This document shows, piece by piece, positions 31,097-40,637 of a stretch of 64,000 bases of DNA. The stretch lies in the NCBI RefSeq assembly GCF_042652785.1, contig NZ_JBHSHD010000002.1, positions 103,750 through 167,749 of the forward strand, given 5' to 3'. Under the pieces are notes generated by a model that worked only from the letters and a program-made list of their open reading frames with translations, searched no databases and had not been told where the DNA came from. Each line of letters begins with the position of its first letter. The stretch's first letter is position 1. The position numbers and the translations under genes are program-made. Source of the DNA: Dokdonella ginsengisoli. GTDB lineage: Bacteria > Pseudomonadota > Gammaproteobacteria > Xanthomonadales > Rhodanobacteraceae.

Positions 31097-31436
31097 ACTG
31101 CCTTTCACGCAGTGCTATCGGGACGCAAGTCCCAAACCCGGAAACGCCCCGTGCGTTCCCACCTCGATCCGTCCGGTTCGCCGGTCGGAGAGAGGCGAAA
31201 TGCAGCGGCGGCGATGGCCGAAACCGGTCCCGCGTCGGTACGGATCCGGCATCGAGAGTGCGAGGCGCGGCATGCAGTCCGATGCCGCACCCGCACTCGA
31301 CATGCGGCAGTCCCCACCGAATGCGCGCCGGGTTCCGCCGCGACGCCGTCAGGGGCGTTTCCACCTTTTTCATTCGCGCGATCCGGCGGCGACGCGCGAA
31401 GAACACCCGAGCCGCCGCTATGGAAGGAGTTGCGTC

Positions 31437-32564
31437 ATGTTGTGGATGAAGAGGGTCGTGATCGGCGACGGCGAGCGCGGCCTGCAGTACCGGAACCGTC
31501 GTTTCGAGCGCGTGCTGGGGCCGGGCGTGTACCGGATCAATACGCTCGGCGACAACGAAGTGCGCGTGTTCGATCTCGCCAGGAACGAATACGACGGCAA
31601 GGATGTCGATGCGCTGATCGAGCGCCTGGGCGCTTCGCTGGGCGAAACCTTCGTGCTCGCCGACATCGGCACGCACGAGGCCGGCCTGGTGATGCAGAAC
31701 GGCAAGCTCGTCGACGTGCTCGCGCCGGGGGCGCGCAAGCTGTACTGGCGCGGCCCGCTGAAGATCGAAGTCGAGCGTGTCGCGCTCGGTGACGATCTGC
31801 GGCTGGCGGCCGACGTCGCCACGCGCCTGCGCCAGCTCGGCACCCTGGCGCGCTACGCCGTCGCGCTCGACGTGCCGGCGGAGTGCACCGGGCTGGTCTT
31901 CGTCGACGGCAAGCTCGCCTCGACCCTGGCGCCGGGCGCGTACGCGTTCTGGAACTTCACCAAGAACGTGGTGGCCGAGGTGATCGATCTGCGCGTGCAG
32001 AGCGTGGAGGTGTCGGGCCAGGAAATGCTGACCCGCGACAAGGTCAGCCTGCGCGTGAACCTGGCCGCGAGCTACCGCGTCGTCGATGCGGTCGCGATGC
32101 GCACCAAGGTCGCGAAGTTCGGCGAGTACCTGTACCGCGAGCTGCAGTTCGGCCTGCGCAAGGTCGTCGCCGCGCGCACGCTCGACGAACTGCTCGGCGA
32201 CAAGGCGTCGCTCGACGGCGACATCCACGCCTACGTGCGCGGCCGCGTCGTCGAGTTCGGTGTGGAGCTGCTCGGCGTCGGCGTCAAGGACGTGATCCTG
32301 CCGGGCGAGATGCGCGAGATCCTGAACAGCGTCGTGCAGGCGGAGAAGTCGGCGCAGGCCAACGTGATCCGTCGTCGCGAGGAAGCCAACGCGATGCGTT
32401 CGGCGCTCAACACCGCCAAGCTGATCGCCGACAACCCGATGCTGCTGCGCCTGAAGGAGCTCGAGTCGCTGGAGAAGGTGACCGAGAAGATCGGCAAGCT
32501 CACCGTGTTCGACGGCCTGGACGGCGTCATGAACCAGCTGGTTCGCCTGAAGGCGGATCGCTGA
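31437..32564 (+). CDS. SPFH/band-7 (stomatin/HflC-like) domain protein.
   Basis: The protein starts MLWMKRVVIGDGERGLQYRN. The SPFH core runs from about aa 110 to 300, with a coiled-coil C-terminus. AAGGAG lies 8 nt before the ATG. The N-terminal 115 codons of the listed ORF are leader noise. Confidence 0.8.
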   Translation: MLWMKRVVIGDGERGLQYRNRRFERVLGPGVYRINTLGDNEVRVFDLARNEYDGKDVDALIERLGASLGETFVLADIGTHEAGLVMQNGKLVDVLAPGARKLYWRGPLKIEVERVALGDDLRLAADVATRLRQLGTLARYAVALDVPAECTGLVFVDGKLASTLAPGAYAFWNFTKNVVAEVIDLRVQSVEVSGQEMLTRDKVSLRVNLAASYRVVDAVAMRTKVAKFGEYLYRELQFGLRKVVAARTLDELLGDKASLDGDIHAYVRGRVVEFGVELLGVGVKDVILPGEMREILNSVVQAEKSAQANVIRRREEANAMRSALNTAKLIADNPMLLRLKELESLEKVTEKIGKLTVFDGLDGVMNQLVRLKADR

Positions 32565-32614
32565 GGTGCCGGTCCGCCATCCGCGCGACGGCTCGGACCT
32601 TGCGGCACCCTGAG

Positions 32615-32644
32615 GCCGCCCTCGACGAGGGCGGCCTTTTTTTC
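32615..32644 (+). terminator. Rho-independent terminator after the SPFH gene.
   Basis: GGCCGCCCU-cgacg-AGGGCGGCC followed by UUUUUUU. Confidence 0.65.
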
Positions 32645-32697
32645 GCGCGTTTGCGCCGCCTGTTCCGGCCGCGCCCGGGCCGCCGCGCGAGCGAACC

Positions 32698-33306
32698 CTA
32701 CGAGCCGTACTTCACGCTGCAGCCGTACGGCTCCGAGGTCGGCACGCTGACCGGCTTGCCGGCCTTCAGCTCGGCCAGCGCCTGCGGCACGTACTGCGTC
32801 GCCTTCGCCAGATCTTCCTTGTCCGCGCTCGGGATCGAATCGATGCCGCCCATGTAGCGCAGCGTGCCGCTGCCATCGATGACGTACAGGTGCGGCGTCG
32901 TCTTCGCGCCGTAGGCGTGGCCGATCTTGCCGTCGCCGTCGAACAGGTAGGCGGTCGGCGCGGCGTGGAACTGCGCGAGGAAATCCTGCGCGCCCTTCGC
33001 ATCGAGATGACCCTGCTTGCCGGCGGCGCCGGAATTGATGGTCAGCCAGACCACGCCGTCGGCGACCGCCGCGGACTGCTGCCCGGGAATGTTGCCGCTC
33101 GAATAGTGCTTCTGCACGAACGGGCAGCCGGGGTTGTTCCACTCCAGCACGACGGTCTTGCCCTGGTACTGCGACAGCGTCTGCGTCTTGCCCTGCGCGT
33201 CCGTCGCGCTGAAGTCCGGTGCCGGCTTGCCGATTTCGACGTTGGCGAAGGCGGGCGCCGCGGCGAGACACAGGGCGGCGGTCAACGACAGGATCGAGGT
33301 TCTCAT
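32698..33306 (-). CDS. Periplasmic thioredoxin-fold protein (redoxin/TlpA-like).
   Basis: MRTSILSLTAALCLAAAPAFA is a signal peptide. The CxxC-type active site is WNNPGCPFVQ. Confidence 0.8.
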   Translation of the reverse strand: MRTSILSLTAALCLAAAPAFANVEIGKPAPDFSATDAQGKTQTLSQYQGKTVVLEWNNPGCPFVQKHYSSGNIPGQQSAAVADGVVWLTINSGAAGKQGHLDAKGAQDFLAQFHAAPTAYLFDGDGKIGHAYGAKTTPHLYVIDGSGTLRYMGGIDSIPSADKEDLAKATQYVPQALAELKAGKPVSVPTSEPYGCSVKYGS

Positions 33307-33342
33307 GGCCAATCTCTCGCGGTGGGGAGGACGATGCGCAGC

Positions 33343-34194
33343 TTACGGGGCGGGGGTGGACGCGGCGAGCGGAACGCGCACGCGCCAGCCGCGCGGACCG
33401 CTGGTGCCGTCGGTGCTCAGCCACAGTTCGATTTCCGACGCGGTGGTGAAGTATTCGCTCTTGCCGCTTTCCACGATCAGCGCGTCGCCGTCGCGGCGGA
33501 TCGTCGGCGGCTTGTTGTCGAACAGTTTCTTCTGCGCGGCGAAGGCGTCGAGCGTGGCCGAAGCCGGCGGCAGGCCCGGGCCGCTCAGCGTGACCGCGAA
33601 GCGGCCGCCGTCCTCGCGCGCGGACGCCTTCCACGCAGTCGCCTGCGGCTGCGCCAGGCGCGCATCGGAGAACTGGCGGATCCAGCGCGTGTCGGGCTTG
33701 GGCGCCTCGCGCACCACCGGCAGCTCGATGTCGAGGCTCGCCTTGCCCGGAATGCATTCCTCGCGGCAGGCCAGCCATTTCACGGCGACGGCGAAGCGCA
33801 CGGTCGAGCCGACCGGCGCATCGGCCGGCACGGCAATCGACACCGGCAGCACGGCCTCGCCGTCGTAGCCGAAGTTGTACAGACCGCCGACCTCGAACCG
33901 GCGCGGCACCGGCCAGGCGACCGCGTCGGCCTGGAAGCCGGCCGGCAGGGTCCATTCCAACGTCGTCGGCAGGCCCGAATCGCCGGGATTGATCCAGTAG
34001 GTGTGCCAGTGCGGCTGATGCCGCAGCAGCAGGCCGATCTGCTCGGGCTGGCCCGGCGTCAGCGCCGTGTGTTCGGCGATCAGTTCGATCTGCACCGGTT
34101 CCGCGGCGCTCTCCGCCGCCGGCGCCGGTGCGGCGATCGCCGCCGGCGTACCCAGAACGATCGAAAGCAAGAGGGAAGTGGCGTGGTTAGACAT
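33343..34194 (-). CDS. Periplasmic protein with a DsbD-N-terminal (DsbD-alpha) like domain.
   Basis: A signal peptide is followed by HTYWINPGDSG...WLACREECIPG, which resembles the DsbD alpha-domain Cys pair. It lies immediately upstream of the thioredoxin-fold gene. Confidence 0.65.
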   Translation of the reverse strand: MSNHATSLLLSIVLGTPAAIAAPAPAAESAAEPVQIELIAEHTALTPGQPEQIGLLLRHQPHWHTYWINPGDSGLPTTLEWTLPAGFQADAVAWPVPRRFEVGGLYNFGYDGEAVLPVSIAVPADAPVGSTVRFAVAVKWLACREECIPGKASLDIELPVVREAPKPDTRWIRQFSDARLAQPQATAWKASAREDGGRFAVTLSGPGLPPASATLDAFAAQKKLFDNKPPTIRRDGDALIVESGKSEYFTTASEIELWLSTDGTSGPRGWRVRVPLAASTPAP

Positions 34195-34404
34195 CGCGTT
34201 CCGACCTCGCTGCTACGGTAGGGCATCGCAGGTTAGCAATCCGTAACGGGAAGCAGGCGCCCGAGCGCATGAAGCTCGCTTCATGAAACCCGCCTCGTGC
34301 AGCGGGGCCGCGAAAGGTCGCATACCCCTTTCGGCACTCCCGCACCGCCCCCATCTGTTGCACCGTGTGCGTGCGTCGCGAACGACGCGAGGACGGGACC
34401 GTCG

Positions 34405-34608
34405 ATGTTGACCTTCGTACTCTGGCTGCTGCTCCTGGTGTTCTGCTGGCCGCTGGCGCTGCTGGCGCTGGTGCTGTATCCGCTGGTGTGGCTGTTGCTG
34501 CTGCCGTTCCGCCTGATCGGCTTCGCCGTCGAGGGCGTGTTCGAACTGCTGCGCGCGATCATCCTGCTGCCGGCGCGCGTGCTCGGCGGCCGCCCCGCCA
34601 CGCGCTGA
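34405..34608 (+). CDS. Small hydrophobic membrane protein (67 aa).
   Basis: MLTFVLWLLLLVFCWPLALLALVLYPLVWLLLLPFRLIGFAVEG... has two TM helices and high GC3. GAGGA lies 10 nt before the ATG. It is the 3' two-thirds of the listed ORF 34297..34608. Confidence 0.5.
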   Translation: MLTFVLWLLLLVFCWPLALLALVLYPLVWLLLLPFRLIGFAVEGVFELLRAIILLPARVLGGRPATR

Positions 34609-34620
34609 CGGGCGCCGCGC

Positions 34621-35235
34621 ATGGACGCCGCGCTCGATCCGCGCCTGGGCGAAGTGCTCGACTACTGGTTCGGCCGGTCGGCCGACGATGCGGGCGTGCT
34701 CGCCGAGAAAGGCGCCCTGTGGTTCGGCGCCGGCACCGCGGTCGACGAGGAAGTCCGCGCGCGCTTCGCCGGCTTGCGCGAAGAAGCGGTCGCCGGACGC
34801 CTCGAACGCTGGCTGGCGGTGCCGCGCGGCCGCCTCGCGCTGGTGATCGTGCTCGACCAGTTCTCGCGCAACCTGTTCCGCAACGATCCGCGCGCGTTCG
34901 CACACGACGGGCTGGCGCGCGCCTGGACCGACGAAGGCCTGCACCTGGGCGCGGACCGCGCGCTGCGCGCCTGCGAACGCGTGTTCCTGTACCTGCCGCT
35001 GGAGCATTCGGAGTCGCTGGCCGACCAGCAGCGCTCGGTCGAATGCTTCCGCGCGCTGCGCGACGAGGCGCCGGCCGCGCTGCGCGCGCGCTTCGACGAA
35101 TTTTTCGACTACGCCGTGCGACACCACGACGTGATCGCGCGCTTCGGCCGCTTCCCGCATCGCAACGCGGTGCTCGGCCGCGAGTCGACGGCCGCGGAAG
35201 CGCAGTTCCTGCGCCAGCCCGGCTCGTCGTTCTAG
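34621..35235 (+). CDS. DUF924-family protein.
   Basis: LDQFSRNLFRN...HSES are conserved DUF924 blocks. Recalled from memory. Confidence 0.7.
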   Translation: MDAALDPRLGEVLDYWFGRSADDAGVLAEKGALWFGAGTAVDEEVRARFAGLREEAVAGRLERWLAVPRGRLALVIVLDQFSRNLFRNDPRAFAHDGLARAWTDEGLHLGADRALRACERVFLYLPLEHSESLADQQRSVECFRALRDEAPAALRARFDEFFDYAVRHHDVIARFGRFPHRNAVLGRESTAAEAQFLRQPGSSF

Positions 35236-35268
35236 CGGCCGCGGCCGTCGCGGCGTAGAAAGCCATTC

Positions 35269-35628
35269 ATGCGACGAATTCTTTTCTCCTGCCTCGCCGC
35301 GACCACGGCCGCCGCGGCGCAGCCGCGCTACGCCGAAGACGTGCCGAAGGACACCGGCTACGCGGTGGTCCTCGAAATGGTTCCCGACGACGCCGGCTGG
35401 GTGCGCTTCTGCAACCTGCACAGCGTGCGCGAACGCTCGCCGGACGGCGCGGCGACCGACCTCACGCCGAACGGCACCTACGTCGCCGACGCCTGCCGCA
35501 AGCTGTCGACGAAGAAATGGAAGATCGAGCGCGACGCCGCCGGCGAGGTCAAGGCGGTGTTCTATTTCTGCCGGTATCTGGAGTCGTCGCCCGAACGCGC
35601 CTACTGCGAGCGCCGCTTCGGCGACTGA
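35269..35628 (+). CDS. Small secreted Cys-containing hypothetical protein (119 aa).
   Basis: MRRILFSCLAATTAAAAQP is a signal peptide. High GC3. Four further Cys. Confidence 0.55.
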   Translation: MRRILFSCLAATTAAAAQPRYAEDVPKDTGYAVVLEMVPDDAGWVRFCNLHSVRERSPDGAATDLTPNGTYVADACRKLSTKKWKIERDAAGEVKAVFYFCRYLESSPERAYCERRFGD

Positions 35629-35644
35629 ACCCCGACGCCGCGTC

Positions 35645-36874
35645 CTAGCCGAAGAACCAGTAGCACACCGCGATCGAGGCGATCACGCCGGCGAGATCGG
35701 CGAGCAGCGCACAGCCGACCGCGTGACGCGCGCGCCGGATGCCGACCGCGCCGAAGTAGACCGCGAGTACGTAGAAGGTCGTCTCGGTGCTGCCCTGCAC
35801 GGTCGCCGCGACCAGCGCCGGGAAGCTGTCGACGCCGTGCGTCTTCATCGTCTCGATCAGCATCGCGCGCGCGGCGCTGCCGGAGAACGGCTTGACCAGC
35901 GCGGTCGGCAGCGCCTCGACGAAGCGCGTGTCCCAGCCCAGCGTCTGCACCAGCCAGCGGATGCCGTCGAGGGCGAAGTCGAGCGCGCCGGACGCGCGCA
36001 GCACGCCGACCGCGCAGAGCATCGCGACGAGATAGGGCAGCAGGTTCCTGGCCACGTCGAAGCCCTGCCTGGCGCCGTCGACGAAGCTCTCGTACACCGG
36101 CACCTTGCGCCACGCGCCAGCGAGCAGGAACGCGATCACGATCGCGAACAGGGTCAGGTTGCCGAGCAGCGAGGACAGCGCCGCCAGCGCGGTCGCCGAC
36201 AGCGTCGCCAGCACGGCCATGAAGCCGCCGAGCAGGAGGCCGACCGCGGCGAGCCAGATCAGCACGACCGGATCGTGCAGTTTCAGCCGCTGCACGAAGG
36301 CGACCGCGAACAGCCCGGTCAGGGTCGAGGCGCTGGTGGCGAGCAGGATCGGCAGGAACACCAGGGTCGGATCGGCCGCGCCGGCTTGCGCGCGGTACAT
36401 GAAGATCGACACCGGCAGCAGGGTCAGCGACGAGGCGTTGAGCACCAGGAACAGGATCTGCGCGTTGCTGGCGGTGTCCTGGCTCGGATTGAGCGTCTGC
36501 AGCTCGCGCATCGCGCGCAGGCCGATCGGCGTCGCCGCATTGTCCAGGCCCAGCGCGTTGGCGGCGAAGTTCAGCGTGATCAGGCCGATCGCCGGATGGC
36601 CGCGCGGCACGTCCGGCATCAGCCGGCCGAACAGCGGCCCGAGCCAGCGCGCCAGCACATCGACCACGCCGGCCTGTTCGGCGATGCGCAGCAGGCCGAG
36701 CCAGAGCGTCAGCGTGCCGAACAGCAGGATCATGACCTCGACCGACAGCCGGGCCATCTCGAACAGGCTGGCGACCATGGCGGCGAACACGCCGGCATTG
36801 CCGCCGACCAGCCACTGCGCCAGCGCGGCGGCGGCGGCGGTCAGGAAGAAGCCGAGCCAGAGACGGTTGAGCAT
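35645..36874 (-). CDS. Nucleoside-recognition (Gate) domain membrane protein, fused SpmA/SpmB-like.
   Basis: About 10 TM helices with two Gate-domain halves. The start is assigned at MLNRLWLGFF. Confidence 0.7.
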   Translation of the reverse strand: MLNRLWLGFFLTAAAAALAQWLVGGNAGVFAAMVASLFEMARLSVEVMILLFGTLTLWLGLLRIAEQAGVVDVLARWLGPLFGRLMPDVPRGHPAIGLITLNFAANALGLDNAATPIGLRAMRELQTLNPSQDTASNAQILFLVLNASSLTLLPVSIFMYRAQAGAADPTLVFLPILLATSASTLTGLFAVAFVQRLKLHDPVVLIWLAAVGLLLGGFMAVLATLSATALAALSSLLGNLTLFAIVIAFLLAGAWRKVPVYESFVDGARQGFDVARNLLPYLVAMLCAVGVLRASGALDFALDGIRWLVQTLGWDTRFVEALPTALVKPFSGSAARAMLIETMKTHGVDSFPALVAATVQGSTETTFYVLAVYFGAVGIRRARHAVGCALLADLAGVIASIAVCYWFFG

Positions 36875-37093
36875 CGATGCGGCCGGGAGCGGCGGGACGC
36901 CGCGCGGCATCCTAAGCGCGGCGGGACGCGGGCGTCACCTGCGGCGGACGGCGCGATACGCGCACGGAGGGCGGCCGCCCTAGGGAAAACCCCAACTCGG
37001 GTACGCCCGAGGCTGACCGGGCCAGTACGCAGGCGTACGGTGGACTTCCCCTCGCCAAGGATGGCGCATTTTCCCTGAGTCCCGAGGTACGCC

Positions 37094-38623
37094 ATGTCGC
37101 CCGTATCCGCCGTCCGCTCGAACGAATCCTCCTTCCGCGAAGTGCAGCCCAGCGCCGCGCAGTACGCGAAGGCCGCCGATCTCGATCCCGCCGGCGCCGC
37201 ACGGGCCGGCGGCACCAGCACGCGCATCGACGGCAACGCCAGCAACAGCGGCGCGCGCACGACGCGGCAGACGCCGGACGGCAAGACCATCGCGGTCGAT
37301 CCGCTGCACCAGGACGGCGACATCTCGATCGCGCGCGAGCGCACCCTCGTCGACGACGGCCAGGGCGGCCAGTACGTCAGCTCCGACCAGCTGGTGGTCA
37401 CCACCGGCCGCGGCGACGACCGCGTCGCGGTGAGGAACAACACCGACGGCTCGCTCGCGGTGCAGCTCAACGGCAAGGCCTACCAGTTCGAGATGGCCGA
37501 CGCGCAGGCGCTGACCGTGCGCAGCGGCGACGGCAACGACACCATCGAGGTCGCCTCCGACGTCAAGGTCAACCTGATCGTCGACGGCGGCGCCGGCGAC
37601 GACGCCATCACCACGGGAGCCGGCGACGACATCGTCGACGGCGGCCTGGGCAACGACACGATCAAGACCGGCGCGGGCAGCGACGACGTGTTCGGCAACA
37701 GCGGCAACGACGTCATCGACGCCGGTGCCGGCAACGACGTCGTCTACGGCGGCGACGGCGACGACACCCTGCTCGGCGCGGAAGGCGCGGACTATCTCGA
37801 AGGCGGCGCCGGCAACGACCGCATCGAAGGCGGCGACGGCCAGGACATGCTCTCCGGCGGCGTCGGCGACGACACCCTGGTCAGCGGCGCCGGCGACGAC
37901 CGCGTCTACACCGGCGCCGGCACGGACACGGTCGACAACGCGGCCGGCAAGGACGTCGTCTACGCGCAGCAGGACATCGACACGTTCTCGGCCGCCAAGG
38001 GCGCCGACAACCAGATCGTCAACGTCGACCTGACCGGCTCGCCGGGCACGAAGGGCGTCAAGCTCGAAGGTTCGCCGGCGTTCGTGCAGCGCGTGCAGGC
38101 GGACATGGATTTCCTGCAGGCCTCGCCGGTCGGCCGCCAGATGCTGGCCGAGTTCGACCGCGCCGCCGCCAACGGCAACAGCGTGACGATCCGCGAGCTG
38201 TCCAACGAGGAGAACGGCTACACCATGCCGGACGTCGACGCCGGCGGCACCTGGGCCGACACCGAAATCGTCAACGGCCGCGCCGGCAAGGGCGACGACG
38301 CCGTGATCGCGTACAACCCGTCGTTCCACATGAGCGCCTTCCCGGCTCCGGTCGGCGTGCTGTTCCACGAGATGTCGCACGCCTGGAACGCGGTGACCGG
38401 CACCTTCCAGCCGGGCGACTACCGCGGCAGCGACGCGCAGGACCGCAATGCTGGCGTGCCCAACTCCGAGCGTCAGGCGGTCGGGCTGGAGAACACCGGC
38501 GTGAAGTTCGATTTCGACCGCGATCCGAACACGCCCAAGACCACCGCCAACCCGGTCGCGCTGAGCGAGAACGGCCTGCGCGCCGAACTCGGCCTGGACC
38601 TGCGCCTGCATTACGCGCTCTGA
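37094..38623 (+). CDS. RTX (hemolysin-type Ca-binding repeat) protein with a C-terminal HExxH zinc-metallopeptidase-like domain.
   Basis: About 14 GGxGxD nonapeptide repeats span aa 140-290 (GGAGDDAITTGAGDDIVDGGLGNDTI...). The C-terminal domain carries VLFHEMSHAWN (HExxH). No N-terminal signal peptide. GAGGT lies 5 nt before the ATG. Confidence 0.8.
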   Translation: MSPVSAVRSNESSFREVQPSAAQYAKAADLDPAGAARAGGTSTRIDGNASNSGARTTRQTPDGKTIAVDPLHQDGDISIARERTLVDDGQGGQYVSSDQLVVTTGRGDDRVAVRNNTDGSLAVQLNGKAYQFEMADAQALTVRSGDGNDTIEVASDVKVNLIVDGGAGDDAITTGAGDDIVDGGLGNDTIKTGAGSDDVFGNSGNDVIDAGAGNDVVYGGDGDDTLLGAEGADYLEGGAGNDRIEGGDGQDMLSGGVGDDTLVSGAGDDRVYTGAGTDTVDNAAGKDVVYAQQDIDTFSAAKGADNQIVNVDLTGSPGTKGVKLEGSPAFVQRVQADMDFLQASPVGRQMLAEFDRAAANGNSVTIRELSNEENGYTMPDVDAGGTWADTEIVNGRAGKGDDAVIAYNPSFHMSAFPAPVGVLFHEMSHAWNAVTGTFQPGDYRGSDAQDRNAGVPNSERQAVGLENTGVKFDFDRDPNTPKTTANPVALSENGLRAELGLDLRLHYAL

Positions 38624-38657
38624 ACATCGCGGGGGCTAGACTGCGGGCGTGAATGCG

Positions 38658-39269
38658 ATGCTTCCGCTGCTGCTGGCCGCGGCGCTCAACGGCGCCGCGC
38701 CGCAGCGCCTGCCCGATCCCCCGCCGTTGCCGCCGTTGACCGACGACACCCTGCCCAGCACCACGATCGAGGACGCCGGGCTGCGCCTGAACGCGCAGTT
38801 CGGTTTCGACGCCGGCAAGCGCCTGCTGCGGCTGCGCTACCTGCTGCACAACGGCAGCCGGCAGCCGGTCGCGCTGTTCGATCGCGGCAACAGCCTCGCC
38901 GTCGCCCAGGGCCGGCTCAAGGCCGGTTCGGCGGCGACGCCGACCACCGAGCCGGGCAAGGACGGGCTGGTGCTGCATCACCGCATCGTTCCGCTGCGCA
39001 AACCCGCGCCGACCGTGCCGCCGATCCCGCTCGCCGCGCGCGTCGCGCCGGGCGCCGAACTCGGCGGCGACGTGCTGATCGAAGTCGGCGACGCCACGCA
39101 CCTGCGCTACTGCCTCGGCGTCGCACCGTTCGAGCCGACGCTGTTCTCGTCGCGGCAGTCCATCGACGGCGTGGAACTGTGGCGCGCCTCGTTCGACGCC
39201 GTCGGCAGGCAGAAGACGCTGTGCACGCCGTGGTTCGACACCGCCAGGCTCGATTTCGAGTCGCAATAG
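38658..39269 (+). CDS. Secreted hypothetical protein immediately downstream of the RTX-peptidase gene (candidate periplasmic partner or inhibitor).
   Basis: MLPLLLAAALNGAAP is a signal peptide. The 200-aa body has no recognised domain. It starts 35 nt after the upstream stop. Confidence 0.5.
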   Translation: MLPLLLAAALNGAAPQRLPDPPPLPPLTDDTLPSTTIEDAGLRLNAQFGFDAGKRLLRLRYLLHNGSRQPVALFDRGNSLAVAQGRLKAGSAATPTTEPGKDGLVLHHRIVPLRKPAPTVPPIPLAARVAPGAELGGDVLIEVGDATHLRYCLGVAPFEPTLFSSRQSIDGVELWRASFDAVGRQKTLCTPWFDTARLDFESQ

Positions 39270-39338
39270 GCACGGGACGATGGCCGCGTCGCAACGCGGC
39301 GACTCGCGAGCCGCGGCGCGCTCGGGCACACTGAGCGC

Positions 39339-39935
39339 ATGTCCGACAAGCCCTTCTCCGCCGCCTGCGAACGCAACCGCGACCCGATCCTGGCCGTGCT
39401 GCGCGACTGGTTCGCCGATCGCCGGCGCGTGCTCGAGATCGGCAGCGGCACCGGCCAGCACGCCGTGCATTTCGCCGCGGCGCTGCCGCAACTCGTCTGG
39501 CAGACCTCCGAGCGCACCGAACACCTGCCCGGCCTGCGCGCCTGGCTCGACGAGGCGGCGCTGCCGAACACGCCCGCGCCGCTCGCGCTCGACGTCGGCG
39601 AAGCCTGGCCGCGCGAAAGCTACGACGCCGTGTTCAGCGCCAATACGCTGCACATCCTGAGCTGGCCCGAGGTCGAGATGCTGTTCGCCGCGCTGCCTGC
39701 CGCGACGACGCTCGACGCCAGACTCGCCATCTACGGTCCGTTCAACATCGGCGGCCGCCACACCAGCGACAGCAACGCCGCGTTCGACGCGACGCTGAAG
39801 GCACGCGCCGCGCACATGGGCATCCGCGACACGGCCGCCATCGACGTGCTGGCCGGCAAGGCCGGCTTCGATCTCGCCGACGATCTCGCATTGCCGGCGA
39901 ACAACCGCCTGCGCCTGTGGCGGCGCATGCGATGA
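39339..39935 (+). CDS. DUF938 / class I SAM-dependent methyltransferase-like protein.
   Basis: CERNRDPILAVL...VLEIGSGTGQHAVHFA (motif I). Confidence 0.7.
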   Translation: MSDKPFSAACERNRDPILAVLRDWFADRRRVLEIGSGTGQHAVHFAAALPQLVWQTSERTEHLPGLRAWLDEAALPNTPAPLALDVGEAWPRESYDAVFSANTLHILSWPEVEMLFAALPAATTLDARLAIYGPFNIGGRHTSDSNAAFDATLKARAAHMGIRDTAAIDVLAGKAGFDLADDLALPANNRLRLWRRMR

Positions 39936-40615
39936 GCACGCCGATCCTGCTGTCCTGGAGCGGCGGCAAGGACGCGACGCTCGCGCTGGAACGCCTGCGG
40001 GCCGACCCCGATCGTCGCGTCGCCGGCCTGCTCACCACCGTGACCGCCGACTACGACCGCATCAGCATGCACGGCGTGCGCCGCTCGATCCTGCAGCGGC
40101 AGGCCGAAGGCCTCGGCCTGCCGCTGTACGTCGCGCAGATTCCCGCGGTGGCCGACAACGACCTCTACGAAGCCGCGTTCGCCGATGCCCTGGCGGCGGC
40201 GCGGCGTGCCGAACCCGGCCTCGACACGATCGCCTTTGGCGACCTGTTCCTCGGCGACGTGCGCGCCTGGCGCGAAGCGCAGCTCGCCCGCGCCGGCTGG
40301 CACGGGCTGTTTCCGCTGTGGGGCGAGGACACCGCCTCCCTCGCCCGCCATTTCGTCGCGCGCGGCTATCGCGCGATCCTCTGCTGCGTCGACACCGCGC
40401 AGCTGGATGCGAGTTTCTGCGGCCGCGACTACGACTCGGCCCTGCTCGACGACCTGCCGCGCGGCGTCGATCCCTGCGGCGAGAACGGCGAATTCCACAC
40501 CTGCGCCCATGCCGGGCCACTGTGGCGCGAGCCCATCGAACTGGCGCGCGGCGAGCGCGTGCTGCGCGACGGACGCTTCCAGTACGTCGATCTGCTCGAC
40601 CGCGACGCCGCCTGA
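39932..40615 (+). CDS. Dph6-related ATP pyrophosphatase (MJ0570-like PP-loop ATPase).
   Basis: The SWSGGKDA PP-loop and EFHT motifs are present. The ATG overlaps the upstream stop (ATGA). Confidence 0.7.
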   Translation: MSTPILLSWSGGKDATLALERLRADPDRRVAGLLTTVTADYDRISMHGVRRSILQRQAEGLGLPLYVAQIPAVADNDLYEAAFADALAAARRAEPGLDTIAFGDLFLGDVRAWREAQLARAGWHGLFPLWGEDTASLARHFVARGYRAILCCVDTAQLDASFCGRDYDSALLDDLPRGVDPCGENGEFHTCAHAGPLWREPIELARGERVLRDGRFQYVDLLDRDAA

Positions 40616-40637
40616 AGCGGCGCGGCGGTCGCCGGCA

